This document shows, piece after piece, positions 9,495 through 18,500 of a DNA stretch of 64,000 nt (position 1 is the stretch's first letter; each line of letters begins with the position of its first letter). Under the pieces are notes generated by a model. It was not told the origin of the DNA and searched no databases. It was given only the letters and a program-made list of their open reading frames with translations. The position numbers and the translations under genes were made by a program. The DNA is from an uncultured virus (IMG/VR IMGVR_UViG_3300029448_000020) (lineage: Duplodnaviria; Heunggongvirae; Uroviricota; Caudoviricetes; Crassvirales): IMG/VR virus record IMGVR_UViG_3300029448_000020, positions 1 through 64,000 of that record. One strand, given 5' to 3'.

Positions 9495-9677
9495 TTAGTA
9501 AGCTTCTCCCCTGGGTTTATGCAACTTAAGTCTTCTTTTCATTTCTTCTTCTTCTTTTCTTTTTTGTTCTTCAAACTCAGCAAACAACTTACGTTTTTCT
9601 TCATCAGTTAATTCATTGGATGTAAAAGGAGTATAATCCCTTAACATAAAGCACGTACCTTTTCTTTTTCTTTGCAT
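9495..9677 (-). CDS. small charged protein with tag variant (FMLRDYTPFT)
   Basis: Fits the operon spacing. Confidence 0.55.
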   Translation of the reverse strand: MQRKRKGTCFMLRDYTPFTSNELTDEEKRKLFAEFEEQKRKEEEEMKRRLKLHKPRGEAY

Positions 9678-9691
9678 ATTCTTATTATTAA

Positions 9692-10402
9692 TTACATTAA
9701 TCCAAATGGCGTTGATATTAGTCCACGTCCTCCTCTAGATGCTTCAGTGGCACCGCTAAGTGCATTTCCACCAGCAGATCCTCCACCACCACCAACACCT
9801 CCTGTTAACATACCAGTTACACCCGATACGCCTCCTTGTATAGCGCTCCACTTAGCTTGCTCAGCCGCTGCAGCTTGCTCTTGATAAGCAGCAACATCTT
9901 GTTGAGCCATACCTAAAAGCGTTGATTGCTTTTCCATCTCCATCTGTCTAGACATAACTTCACCTTGTCTTTCTTGATCTTGTATTTGAGCGGCCATATT
10001 TCTCTCTGCCATTTGGTTTTGTTGCTCTTGAGCTCCAATTTGCGCGGAAGTTTGTTGTGCTGCTAATTGTCCTTGACTAGCTAATGACTGAGCTACAGCA
10101 GCGATACCAGAACTTCCAGCTGCCTCACTCAATCCACTTAATATGTTTGATTGACTCTGAGCAAACTGTTGACTTTGTAGATTATACTGCTGTTGATTAA
10201 CAGTCAAATCTTCCATCATGTTTTCCATATCTAAATACGGATTACTAGTGTCCAACTGACGATACGTATCTTTTAAAGCTTCCATTTCTCTTCTGGCTTT
10301 CTTTTCTTTTTTCTCAGCCTTCTTTTTAGCTTTGTTAGCACTGTGTGCTCCTAGCGCGGCACCTCCAACCGCTATTATACCTCCTACTATAGCAAATGAC
10401 AT
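9692..10402 (-). CDS. putative ejection/internal virion protein, paralog 1
   Basis: Gly/Ala-rich hydrophobic N-terminus, Gln-rich coiled coil; clear similarity to 25530-26321. Confidence 0.65.
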   Translation of the reverse strand: MSFAIVGGIIAVGGAALGAHSANKAKKKAEKKEKKARREMEALKDTYRQLDTSNPYLDMENMMEDLTVNQQQYNLQSQQFAQSQSNILSGLSEAAGSSGIAAVAQSLASQGQLAAQQTSAQIGAQEQQNQMAERNMAAQIQDQERQGEVMSRQMEMEKQSTLLGMAQQDVAAYQEQAAAAEQAKWSAIQGGVSGVTGMLTGGVGGGGGSAGGNALSGATEASRGGRGLISTPFGLM

Positions 10403-10404
10403 AA

Positions 10405-10974
10405 TTAAACGTTTTGATTATTAATGGCACCAGTCATGCCAGTTATACCATCTTGAATGGCCTTCATCTTAACTCTTTCAGATTCTGCTTCTATTTCTCT
10501 TTGAGCAGTTAGCTCTTGCTGTGACATACCTAATAAAGTTTCATTTTTATCCATATTGCTTTGTTGAGACATCATTTCACCTTCAGCTTTTAAATTTTGT
10601 ATTCTATCTTTAAACTCAGCATTTCTTTTGTTATTTTTAGACTCTTGATCTCCAATGTCAGCCGACATTTCTTGTGCCATAATTTTGTTTTCAAAAGCTA
10701 ATGTGTTTGCTAATTCTGCCGCGCCAGATCCTCCTTGAGTTTCACGCAAAACACTTAGTGCGTTAGCTGTGTCTTGTTCGTGTTGTGTTTTTCTAGCATC
10801 CATTTCTAATAAACTAATCTTAAGATCTTCATATGGATTGTCCATGTGATCATATGGATTACTAGTATCTAAACTAGCATAAGCCTCTTTATTGGCTTGT
10901 AGTTCTTGTTCAGCTTTTTTTAGCTTTTTACCTTTTTTATCAAAAGGTGTCCATCCTTTTTGTTTGTAAGCCAT
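10405..10974 (-). CDS. ejection-protein paralog with MAYKQKGWTPF N-terminus
   Basis: Shares LDTSNPY and TLLGMSQQ with 9692-10402 and 25530-26321. Confidence 0.65.
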   Translation of the reverse strand: MAYKQKGWTPFDKKGKKLKKAEQELQANKEAYASLDTSNPYDHMDNPYEDLKISLLEMDARKTQHEQDTANALSVLRETQGGSGAAELANTLAFENKIMAQEMSADIGDQESKNNKRNAEFKDRIQNLKAEGEMMSQQSNMDKNETLLGMSQQELTAQREIEAESERVKMKAIQDGITGMTGAINNQNV

Positions 10975-10976
10975 AA

Positions 10977-12020
10977 TTAAAATATTAAATAATTAAATCC
11001 AAATTTTGTTTCAAATAATTCTTTGCCCCAGTATTTCATGTGTGTTCCTTCTACAAATAAACCTAAGTGTTTTGTTATTCTTGTCCCAAATACTAAACCA
11101 CCATCCCATTCAATCTTGCTGTCTCCATACTCATAAGAATATTTATCTAAACCATAATGATATGGCAGACAATTAAACCAAGCATGTACCCACGTCGTAG
11201 GAGTATATTTATAATAAGCCAAGCCAATTACCGCACTAAGTTCTCTTTGTAAACCTAATTTATCAAGTTCACGTTCGTTGAAACTAGCTACTGCGTCACC
11301 GAAGTAGTGGTGGAAAAACTCGTCGTTTGAGGTAGCGATAAGTACGGAATCTCCACCACTAACATCGTACCAATTTTGATTAACATAATTTCCTTGAATC
11401 CACATCTCTGGAGCGTAGCCAAAGTCTTCAGCTAAATCTTGAAACGTTGATTCACCTGGAACCCAAAAATCTTCTATAGGATTTACTCCATACACTGGAT
11501 GTATTCTAGCTACAGCTCCAACTGTTAAATCCCAATTACCTTTATTTATTCTAAACCTAGTATCAAAAGACATAAACTTTAAGTTTACTCTTTGATTATC
11601 TGTATACTGAGCTTTTGTCACACAACTATTACCTAAATATCTTAACCAAAAGTTTTGCTCTGTAAACTCATCACTCCTATTTCTTATAAATGAATAGTTA
11701 AAAAGATATTCCCAACCAACAGCATTACCAATAGTAACATTGTCAGCTATATTATCTTCAGTTCCATAATACCAAGTTTTAACTTTATGTTCATAGTCAA
11801 ATCTAGCTATTTTACGTAAACCTATAGTTAAATTATAATCGTAAGGATTAATCCATGTAACATCTTCGTAACCTTTATCAATAGCTACATAATCTTCTCT
11901 TTCAGTCATAGACGTTCCCATTGTCATCGATGTATAAAATGTAGAATATTTGAAGAAGTCTTTTATTTGTGCGTTACCTATTGTACTAATAAGTACAAAT
12001 AATAAAATTAATTTTTTCAT
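10977..12020 (-). CDS. putative outer-membrane beta-barrel protein
   Basis: Signal peptide GNA-Q, aromatic-rich alternating strands, C-terminal KFGFNYLIF. Confidence 0.6.
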   Translation of the reverse strand: MKKLILLFVLISTIGNAQIKDFFKYSTFYTSMTMGTSMTEREDYVAIDKGYEDVTWINPYDYNLTIGLRKIARFDYEHKVKTWYYGTEDNIADNVTIGNAVGWEYLFNYSFIRNRSDEFTEQNFWLRYLGNSCVTKAQYTDNQRVNLKFMSFDTRFRINKGNWDLTVGAVARIHPVYGVNPIEDFWVPGESTFQDLAEDFGYAPEMWIQGNYVNQNWYDVSGGDSVLIATSNDEFFHHYFGDAVASFNERELDKLGLQRELSAVIGLAYYKYTPTTWVHAWFNCLPYHYGLDKYSYEYGDSKIEWDGGLVFGTRITKHLGLFVEGTHMKYWGKELFETKFGFNYLIF

Positions 12021-12311
12021 TTATGTTCTTGATTTAATTTCTTTTCTTAAATTAGCTATTCTTTGTTCATATCTTTTAACAGCTGATTTATCACCTCTTT
12101 CTCTAGCTTCTGCTAATTCATTATCCATTATACCATATATTTCACCTTCCAATCTAGCTATACTCATCTTTTGTCTTTTAGTTTGAGGAGTCATGTCTGG
12201 GTGAGTGTGATGTCCTTTTTTAGTAGGATCTTTATAACCTCTAGTTTTTGTTTGAGGTTCATATTCTTTTTTCTTAGTATATGGGCTGTAGCCCGCCATT
12301 TTAAATGCCAT
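12021..12311 (-). CDS. basic small protein with MAFKMAGYSPY tag
   Basis: N-terminal motif; operon fit. Confidence 0.65.
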   Translation of the reverse strand: MAFKMAGYSPYTKKKEYEPQTKTRGYKDPTKKGHHTHPDMTPQTKRQKMSIARLEGEIYGIMDNELAEARERGDKSAVKRYEQRIANLRKEIKSRT

Positions 12312-12313
12312 AA

Positions 12314-12811
12314 TTATATAGTTTTATATGTTATTGTTACCTGTTCTTCACATTCAATAGCTTCAGCTATTCTTGAATAAATTCTTCTATATGCTTGAGT
12401 CGATTTTCCTATAAAACCGTTCTTCTTGATTTTGTTGTTTTCTTGGGAGTCTCCGACGAGCAAGCAACCCGCTGTATGTTCGTCAGTATTTCCACAATGA
12501 ATGAGAATATGCTCAAAATTAGGAACGTCAAGAACGTGAAGCATACCAATATGAAAATCAGAAAAACGCTTAGAATACTTTGAGTGAAATCCACCCTCTT
12601 TTCTAAGAGCAAGTTTATACGTTCCATTAGGTATTCTAGTTTCTCCATATACTTTTTCTTCTCTATATTCATCTTCAAGTGTATAAGCTAAAAATGTTCT
12701 TTTACATCTATAACCTTCTGAATGTGGTGCTGGTGACAACCTGTCTACTTCGAATAATATACCATTTGTACTATCAGTACCACTACTTATTCTAATTACT
12801 TCTAATTCCAT
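12314..12811 (-). CDS. DUF5675-like (L,D-transpeptidase-like His/Cys) protein, candidate cell-wall enzyme
   Basis: YTLED, TRIPNGTY, ILIHCGNTDEHTAGCLLVG. Confidence 0.75.
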   Translation of the reverse strand: MELEVIRISSGTDSTNGILFEVDRLSPAPHSEGYRCKRTFLAYTLEDEYREEKVYGETRIPNGTYKLALRKEGGFHSKYSKRFSDFHIGMLHVLDVPNFEHILIHCGNTDEHTAGCLLVGDSQENNKIKKNGFIGKSTQAYRRIYSRIAEAIECEEQVTITYKTI

Positions 12812-13108
12812 TTATTTAATTATTACAGTAGTATCTGCTGTACTACTAGTTACTAATCTTAAATTATAAAGTCCAGAGTTAAAACTAACATTATCTTCAA
12901 GAACTAATGTGGCTCTTGCCGGAATAATTGTTTCAGCTATAACGTAAGTTACACTACTACCATCATATAGATGCAATTGAACAGTGTTTGAATCAGAGTC
13001 ATCATGGTTAGCTATGTTAATTTTATTTATACTACCACTAACACCACTACCTTTTGTTATTAGTGTGGTCGTTGTTGCTGAAGATATGTTTTTATATACT
13101 GTTGCCAT
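12812..13108 (-). CDS. small beta-rich virion protein
   Basis: Thr/Ser-rich beta-sandwich-like composition; follows the fibre gene. Confidence 0.5.
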   Translation of the reverse strand: MATVYKNISSATTTTLITKGSGVSGSINKINIANHDDSDSNTVQLHLYDGSSVTYVIAETIIPARATLVLEDNVSFNSGLYNLRLVTSSTADTTVIIK

Positions 13109-13110
13109 TA

Positions 13111-14643
13111 TTATGTTGTTTTTGTTATACTTATATATCCCCCATGAAGTATATCAGTAGTATCGCCAGGGTTCCACTCTATTATCACAGTTACAGCGCC
13201 ATTCCCGTCCACGTCATTTGCTCCAAAATCATGAGTAACAGTTCCACTACTAAACGTACTAGCCGTAGCTAATGCAGATGACATAGCGGCAATAGTAGAT
13301 CCCGAGTGGCATCTTATAGTACCATCATTGTCCACATCTGTAGCAAACATGGTACACGCGGTCGCTGTATATCCATTAGGTATAATAACTTCACAGTAAG
13401 CGTTAACACTAGCGCTAGGCATCGTTATTCCACCACCAACTAAACTATACTGTGGATGAAATCTATAACTATTAGCTAAAAATTCTGTTGGTGATATAGG
13501 TATTTTACCATCTTGAATAGTGCCTATATTACTTCCTCTATATAATCCAGTTGTATTAATATAATTAGTTGTAGCACCAACTTCTAATTCTATATTTGCC
13601 GCAGAATCTAATGTTACAGTTGATCCTGCGACTTCGGCGGTACCAACCGCGGTTATTGTTGTTGCTGCAGAGGAATCAACATTTAAAACACCAGCATCTA
13701 TGTTTACCACATTGTCTGTGTCCGCGTCTGCGTCTAAATGAAATACGTCACCAGATATATCGGCCGGAGTTATAACAACTTTACCATCTGGATCTAGTGT
13801 TAAGTCAGCAGCGGTTGCATCGTCATCAACTGTAGTTAAAGTTGTAGCTCCATGTGTTGTTGTTGATATAGAAAAATAATCTCCCGTATCAGCAGAACTC
13901 ATACATTTTACATCTATTCCACCATCGGTAACTTTAGTTGTTAGCCCTATGTTTGTATCACCACCAGTAGCAATAATATTAATTCCTTCAGCGGTAGTTG
14001 TTCCCGCATCACTAACAAAGCTACTTTGAACTTGTATTCCAGTTAGTGTGTTAGTTGCGTTAGCGTGATTAGTAGCAACGTCAATTAGTGCTAAGTTGTG
14101 ACCAATAACGCTTCGCGTATTACCATCACCTATTACACCAGTTTTTGAATAAGCGGTTTTTATCAAACCATTACCAGTTACACTTGCTGTGCCAGCATCT
14201 GTTTGTGCTAAATCTATAAAACTACCTGTTGTTATAGCGTTTGCTACTACCTTAATAGCATCTCCCGTTGTTAAACTATTAGCCGTTAAGTCAAAAACAT
14301 CAGCAGTAGTTGCAGATGTTGCTAATTCTATACCTATAGTAGAGGTCATGTTAATTAGGCCAGCTAAAGTAAGTGTTGTTCCATCAAAAGTAAGATTGCT
14401 TTCACCTATAATAGCGGCTGACCCATCGGCAGCACCAGTTGCTGTAACCACTCTATTATCTGCGGCATTATCTAAAAAATCGCTAGTATCAATAACTATT
14501 GTGCTTTGATTCTTTTTACTAACTTTACCGTCAGAATCAACAACTAATAACTCGGCCTCTGATGTTGTAGATAGGTTTTCTAAATACACATCATTACGAA
14601 ATCTAGATATAAAATCCCATATGTGTTGACCTATCCATTTCAT
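13111..14643 (-). CDS. putative tail fibre/spike protein
   Basis: Thr/Gly/Ala/Asp-rich beta-repeat composition, LLVVDSDGKV, ESNLTFDG. Confidence 0.6.
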   Translation of the reverse strand: MKWIGQHIWDFISRFRNDVYLENLSTTSEAELLVVDSDGKVSKKNQSTIVIDTSDFLDNAADNRVVTATGAADGSAAIIGESNLTFDGTTLTLAGLINMTSTIGIELATSATTADVFDLTANSLTTGDAIKVVANAITTGSFIDLAQTDAGTASVTGNGLIKTAYSKTGVIGDGNTRSVIGHNLALIDVATNHANATNTLTGIQVQSSFVSDAGTTTAEGINIIATGGDTNIGLTTKVTDGGIDVKCMSSADTGDYFSISTTTHGATTLTTVDDDATAADLTLDPDGKVVITPADISGDVFHLDADADTDNVVNIDAGVLNVDSSAATTITAVGTAEVAGSTVTLDSAANIELEVGATTNYINTTGLYRGSNIGTIQDGKIPISPTEFLANSYRFHPQYSLVGGGITMPSASVNAYCEVIIPNGYTATACTMFATDVDNDGTIRCHSGSTIAAMSSALATASTFSSGTVTHDFGANDVDGNGAVTVIIEWNPGDTTDILHGGYISITKTT

Positions 14644-14644
14644 T

Positions 14645-14968
14645 TTATTGAGAGTCTTTCAAGTCTTGAGCCGATGGTGCACCTTCACTTCCTGGTTTTC
14701 TCATTTTTTCACCTGATCCAGCTTTTATTCTTTTTCTTTTTGCGTGTATATTGTCCCATAAACCCTTTTTCTTTTTCATGGCTGACTCAGCCTTACTAGC
14801 ATATATAGCCTTACGTTGTGCGTCAGACTTATATTTTTTCATAGGACTATCTTTCATTTCATCAATGTGCTCTTCAATGATTTCAGCCTGCTTGCCATGA
14901 GCTTTAACTGCACTTTTTAATTGATCTACAACTTCTTGTAAATCTTTGTATTTCATTTTAAATGCCAT
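14645..14968 (-). CDS. basic small protein with MAFKMK tag
   Basis: MAFKMKY, DSPMKK, GLWDNIHAKRKRIKAGSGEKMRKPG. Confidence 0.65.
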   Translation of the reverse strand: MAFKMKYKDLQEVVDQLKSAVKAHGKQAEIIEEHIDEMKDSPMKKYKSDAQRKAIYASKAESAMKKKKGLWDNIHAKRKRIKAGSGEKMRKPGSEGAPSAQDLKDSQ

Positions 14969-14973
14969 AATTT

Positions 14974-15156
14974 TTATATTTCAAATCCAAAGTTTAGAAT
15001 CATAAATCTAAATCTTTTACAACTCTTTTTTTTATTTTCACAAACCCAACAAGGGCAAAACATTAGTTCAAACACTGTTAGTGTGCTTATTCTAAATGTT
15101 AATTCATATTTATCTTTTTTGTTTCCTGATGTCCAGGAATTAATCCAATTTATCAT
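14974..15156 (-). CDS. hypothetical protein
   Basis: Operon fit; CPCWVC motif. Confidence 0.55.
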   Translation of the reverse strand: MINWINSWTSGNKKDKYELTFRISTLTVFELMFCPCWVCENKKKSCKRFRFMILNFGFEI

Positions 15157-15159
15157 AAT

Positions 15160-15240
15160 TTATTTTTTTATTATTTTAAAAATTACTAAACCAACTATTG
15201 CAGCTGTTGTGCACATAGGACAAGGGCATATAACTAACAT
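15160..15240 (-). CDS. 26-aa hydrophobic micro-protein (MLVICPCPMCTTAAIVGLVIFKIIKK)
   Basis: Fills the gap between two genes; TM-like segment with a basic tail; translated by hand. Confidence 0.4.
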   Translation of the reverse strand: MLVICPCPMCTTAAIVGLVIFKIIKK

Positions 15241-15524
15241 TTCCATCTACGCCTAGCAGCTTTACCTCTTTCACCAGTCCAACCTCTTGATCTAGCGCAA
15301 AACGATTTTCTACGTTTAGCAGCTTTACTACCTGGTTTAACATCACCAGTCACAGCTGTTTTCAGCTTGCTACCTGGATTTTTACGTTTATATGTTTCAA
15401 CGCCCTTCTTTGTCATACCGGCGCCTTCTTCAACTGTTCTGAAGTTTCTACCTTTACCTTTTGTAGTTTTTCTAGGTTCATTGTCCTTGGTAAATGGAGT
15501 AAACCCTTTTTGTATATAAGCCAT
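15234..15524 (-). CDS. basic small protein with MAYIQKGFTPF tag
   Basis: KRRKSFCARS...ARRRWKC C-terminus. Confidence 0.7.
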   Translation of the reverse strand: MAYIQKGFTPFTKDNEPRKTTKGKGRNFRTVEEGAGMTKKGVETYKRKNPGSKLKTAVTGDVKPGSKAAKRRKSFCARSRGWTGERGKAARRRWKC

Positions 15525-15543
15525 AATTTATATTATTACATGT

Positions 15544-18500
15544 TTATTGATGAGCATAACATTTCTTGTTTTTATTCTCAGTCTTGTTGTTACATCGTTG
15601 ACCATTAGTTTTTATAGCTGTACATCTATATTCTTTTATGCCGTCATTGTCTCTATCCATACCATCTTTAAAATCCATATGATGTATGCACTTCCAGGTT
15701 TTAGCTTTAGTTTCTGTTGTTAAGCTACATCTTTGACCATTTGATCTAATACCAGAGCATTGCACGGTTTTTATTCCTTCTTTCTTTTTTCTTTCATCTT
15801 CAGCTTTTTTATCTTCTGCTTTTCGTTTTTCTTTTTCTATTTTTTGACTTTCCCTTCTTTCTTTTTTAGCATCAGCTTTTGCTCGCTCTAGTTCTTCGTC
15901 TTTAACACCAAGACTCCACATACTCCAACCAGTAGACAAAGCAACACGCTTCCAAAGATCATGATTACCCGTTATTGCCTCTTCTAGGTTATTCATCTTA
16001 TGTTGTATTCTAGCCATAGGAAAGTTAGTTAAACCTTCTACTAAACTACTAGCTATAGATAGATTAGGATTCTCTATTCTAAATCCTATTTGTTTACTAA
16101 CACCTTTATTGTATTTTTCTGATTTTATTGCTTGGTTTAGCTTTCTAAGTTTACTACCCATAGGTGGAGATAAACTAACAGCCTGTAAAGCTATTCTTAT
16201 GTCATCTCTTTTGGCCCACGGTTGTTCTGTTTCATATTTCCATTGCTTTAATGTATTTTTTAATGCGGCTATAGCGGCACCATAAACACCAGTTCCTCTT
16301 AATAAAGTATCTATAGCTCCATCTAAAACTCTTATACCTTGAGTTCTTTTTCTTTCGTCATCTTCATCATCATCTCCTCCAAATAAGGCAAACGCTAATC
16401 CAGATTGTAGAGCACCGAATATTAGATTTTGAACAGCACCATAGTATATAATCTTAGATATGTTAGTTCTCGTATCACCTCTACCATTTTTAAGATCTAA
16501 TGCAGCCTTCTTCATTAATCTAGTCATCTGCATTGGTGTGTTTTGAAATGGTAGTATTATTCTACCTAATACACCAGCTTGTTGTCCTGATATTAAATCT
16601 GGTCTAGATGACTGTTGTGTTTCTTCTGCTATTTCTTGAAAATCTAAAAATGCTTGAGATTCAGCTTCGGCTTGAGATTTTCCATTTTTGATATAAGTAT
16701 TTATTCTATTTCTATAAAAACTAGCGCCACCAAAAGATATAGCAAAACTATCCGCTATTCTAGTTGGTGCAAATCCCTTTTCTAACATCCATCTAATTAC
16801 AGATTCTACGCTACCTCTACTTTGAGAAAACGCATCAGCTAATTCACTGTGAGCTATATCTATTTGTGACCCACCTCTTCTTTGTTTTAACATGTCAGAG
16901 TTAAATATGGTAGCAAAGTCTTTAGAAAATTGAGGTATGTTAGCAAATGCTTTAGAAGCTTTAAATATATTATTATCTCCCCAATTAATAAAGTTAACTG
17001 TAGATATTGTTTGTAGCGCTGCAGATCTTACATTAAGAAACATGATTGCTCCAACAGAACCGTTAACCCAGTTAACAAACTTATTGACTGTCTTATCTTT
17101 ACCAAGAACTCTATTAGTTCCGTTTTCCATTCTGTATAATATATTCTCTAAAGCATCTCTAAAACCAGAACCATGTATAGCCTCTATTTTATTTAAATTA
17201 TCTTTTGAAAATATTTCATTTTTATTATTTATCCAATCACCTAAAAATTGTTGTCTTCCAATTTTAACTGTATTAAATAAATCACTAGCTATACTTTCAA
17301 CCATCCAAAATTCACTAGGTTGAGTGTAACCATCTTGAGCGCGAGATATAATACCTAATGTTTCAGCAAAGTTTATTAAATCAGCGTTTTTATTAACGTG
17401 ACTTAATAGTTTCTTTTTTGTTGTTTCAGCCATACCTGGTATTTCCATACCGTTTTTATTCCATAAATATGTTCTTATAGCTGTATCAACAGTAAAGCTT
17501 GTTCCAGGTACTTTATCATCTAGTGTTTTTACTAATTTAGGATTTCTTTTTTTCAATGCAGAATACTCATTAGACATGTTTTGCTTGTATGTATTCCAAG
17601 TTCTTATACCTTTAGCAAATGGGTCAAATAAATTATCTTTAAACCATTTCATATCTTTGTCTCCTTGTTTACCTTTACCTAAAAACTTATACATTAAACC
17701 TTTGAAGTCTTCAGCTGATGGTGGAACAAAAAGATCCCATTTACCTATACCTTTTCCTCTAACTATAGCTTCACCTCTTGAAAATACTTTTTCAAAACCA
17801 ACACCAGATGTTCTTTCAATCATCTTGTTAAAATCAACACTGTGAGATCCACTTAGTTTAACTTTAGCTTGCACAACCTTAGATTTGATATCTAGTTGAT
17901 CTAAGACATTCTTAACAGCTTTTACATTTGGTAAGGCATCATCTACAAAATACATATCATTATAACCCTCTGCAAACTTCTCTAACATCCAGTCAGCTTT
18001 AGCTTGACCAGTGCTATTACCTAAACCAGTTACATTTTTTATAGGTATATAAACACCTTCACTTCTTAACCAATCATGAATAGCTTTTTGACTCTCAGGT
18101 GCTCTTGCTGTTAATATAAAAACATTATTAGGTCCATACTTTTTAATTTGATTTTTCATCTTTTGAAGTAATGGTCCTGGTTTACCTTTTGTAACTTTAT
18201 TAAAATCAGTGAAATCAAAATCCCAACCCTCTTTAGCTAATTGATCACCAACCATTGGCCATTCATTTGAAGCTATCTTTTTAGTTTCTTTACCTTTCTT
18301 AGCGATTATATAGTTTTCACTTACACCAACTGTCTCATCAAAATCAAATGCAGACATACCTTTAGTCTTACCAGTTTGACTGTGCTTAACAATATTTTTT
18401 TGAGCTTTTATTGCGTTAAAAATATTATTAACTTGAGATTGTGACTTACTCCATTTAATTTTTACAGCAGCTTGTATTCCTTTTATTGCTTTTTGTTTAG

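Noticed and set aside
18200..18360. DFDE/DFDF motifs as a crAss-like virion RNA polymerase active site
   Set aside because: No DxDxD triad; the context (DxD, T-A-R, DD) fits a HAD phosphatase
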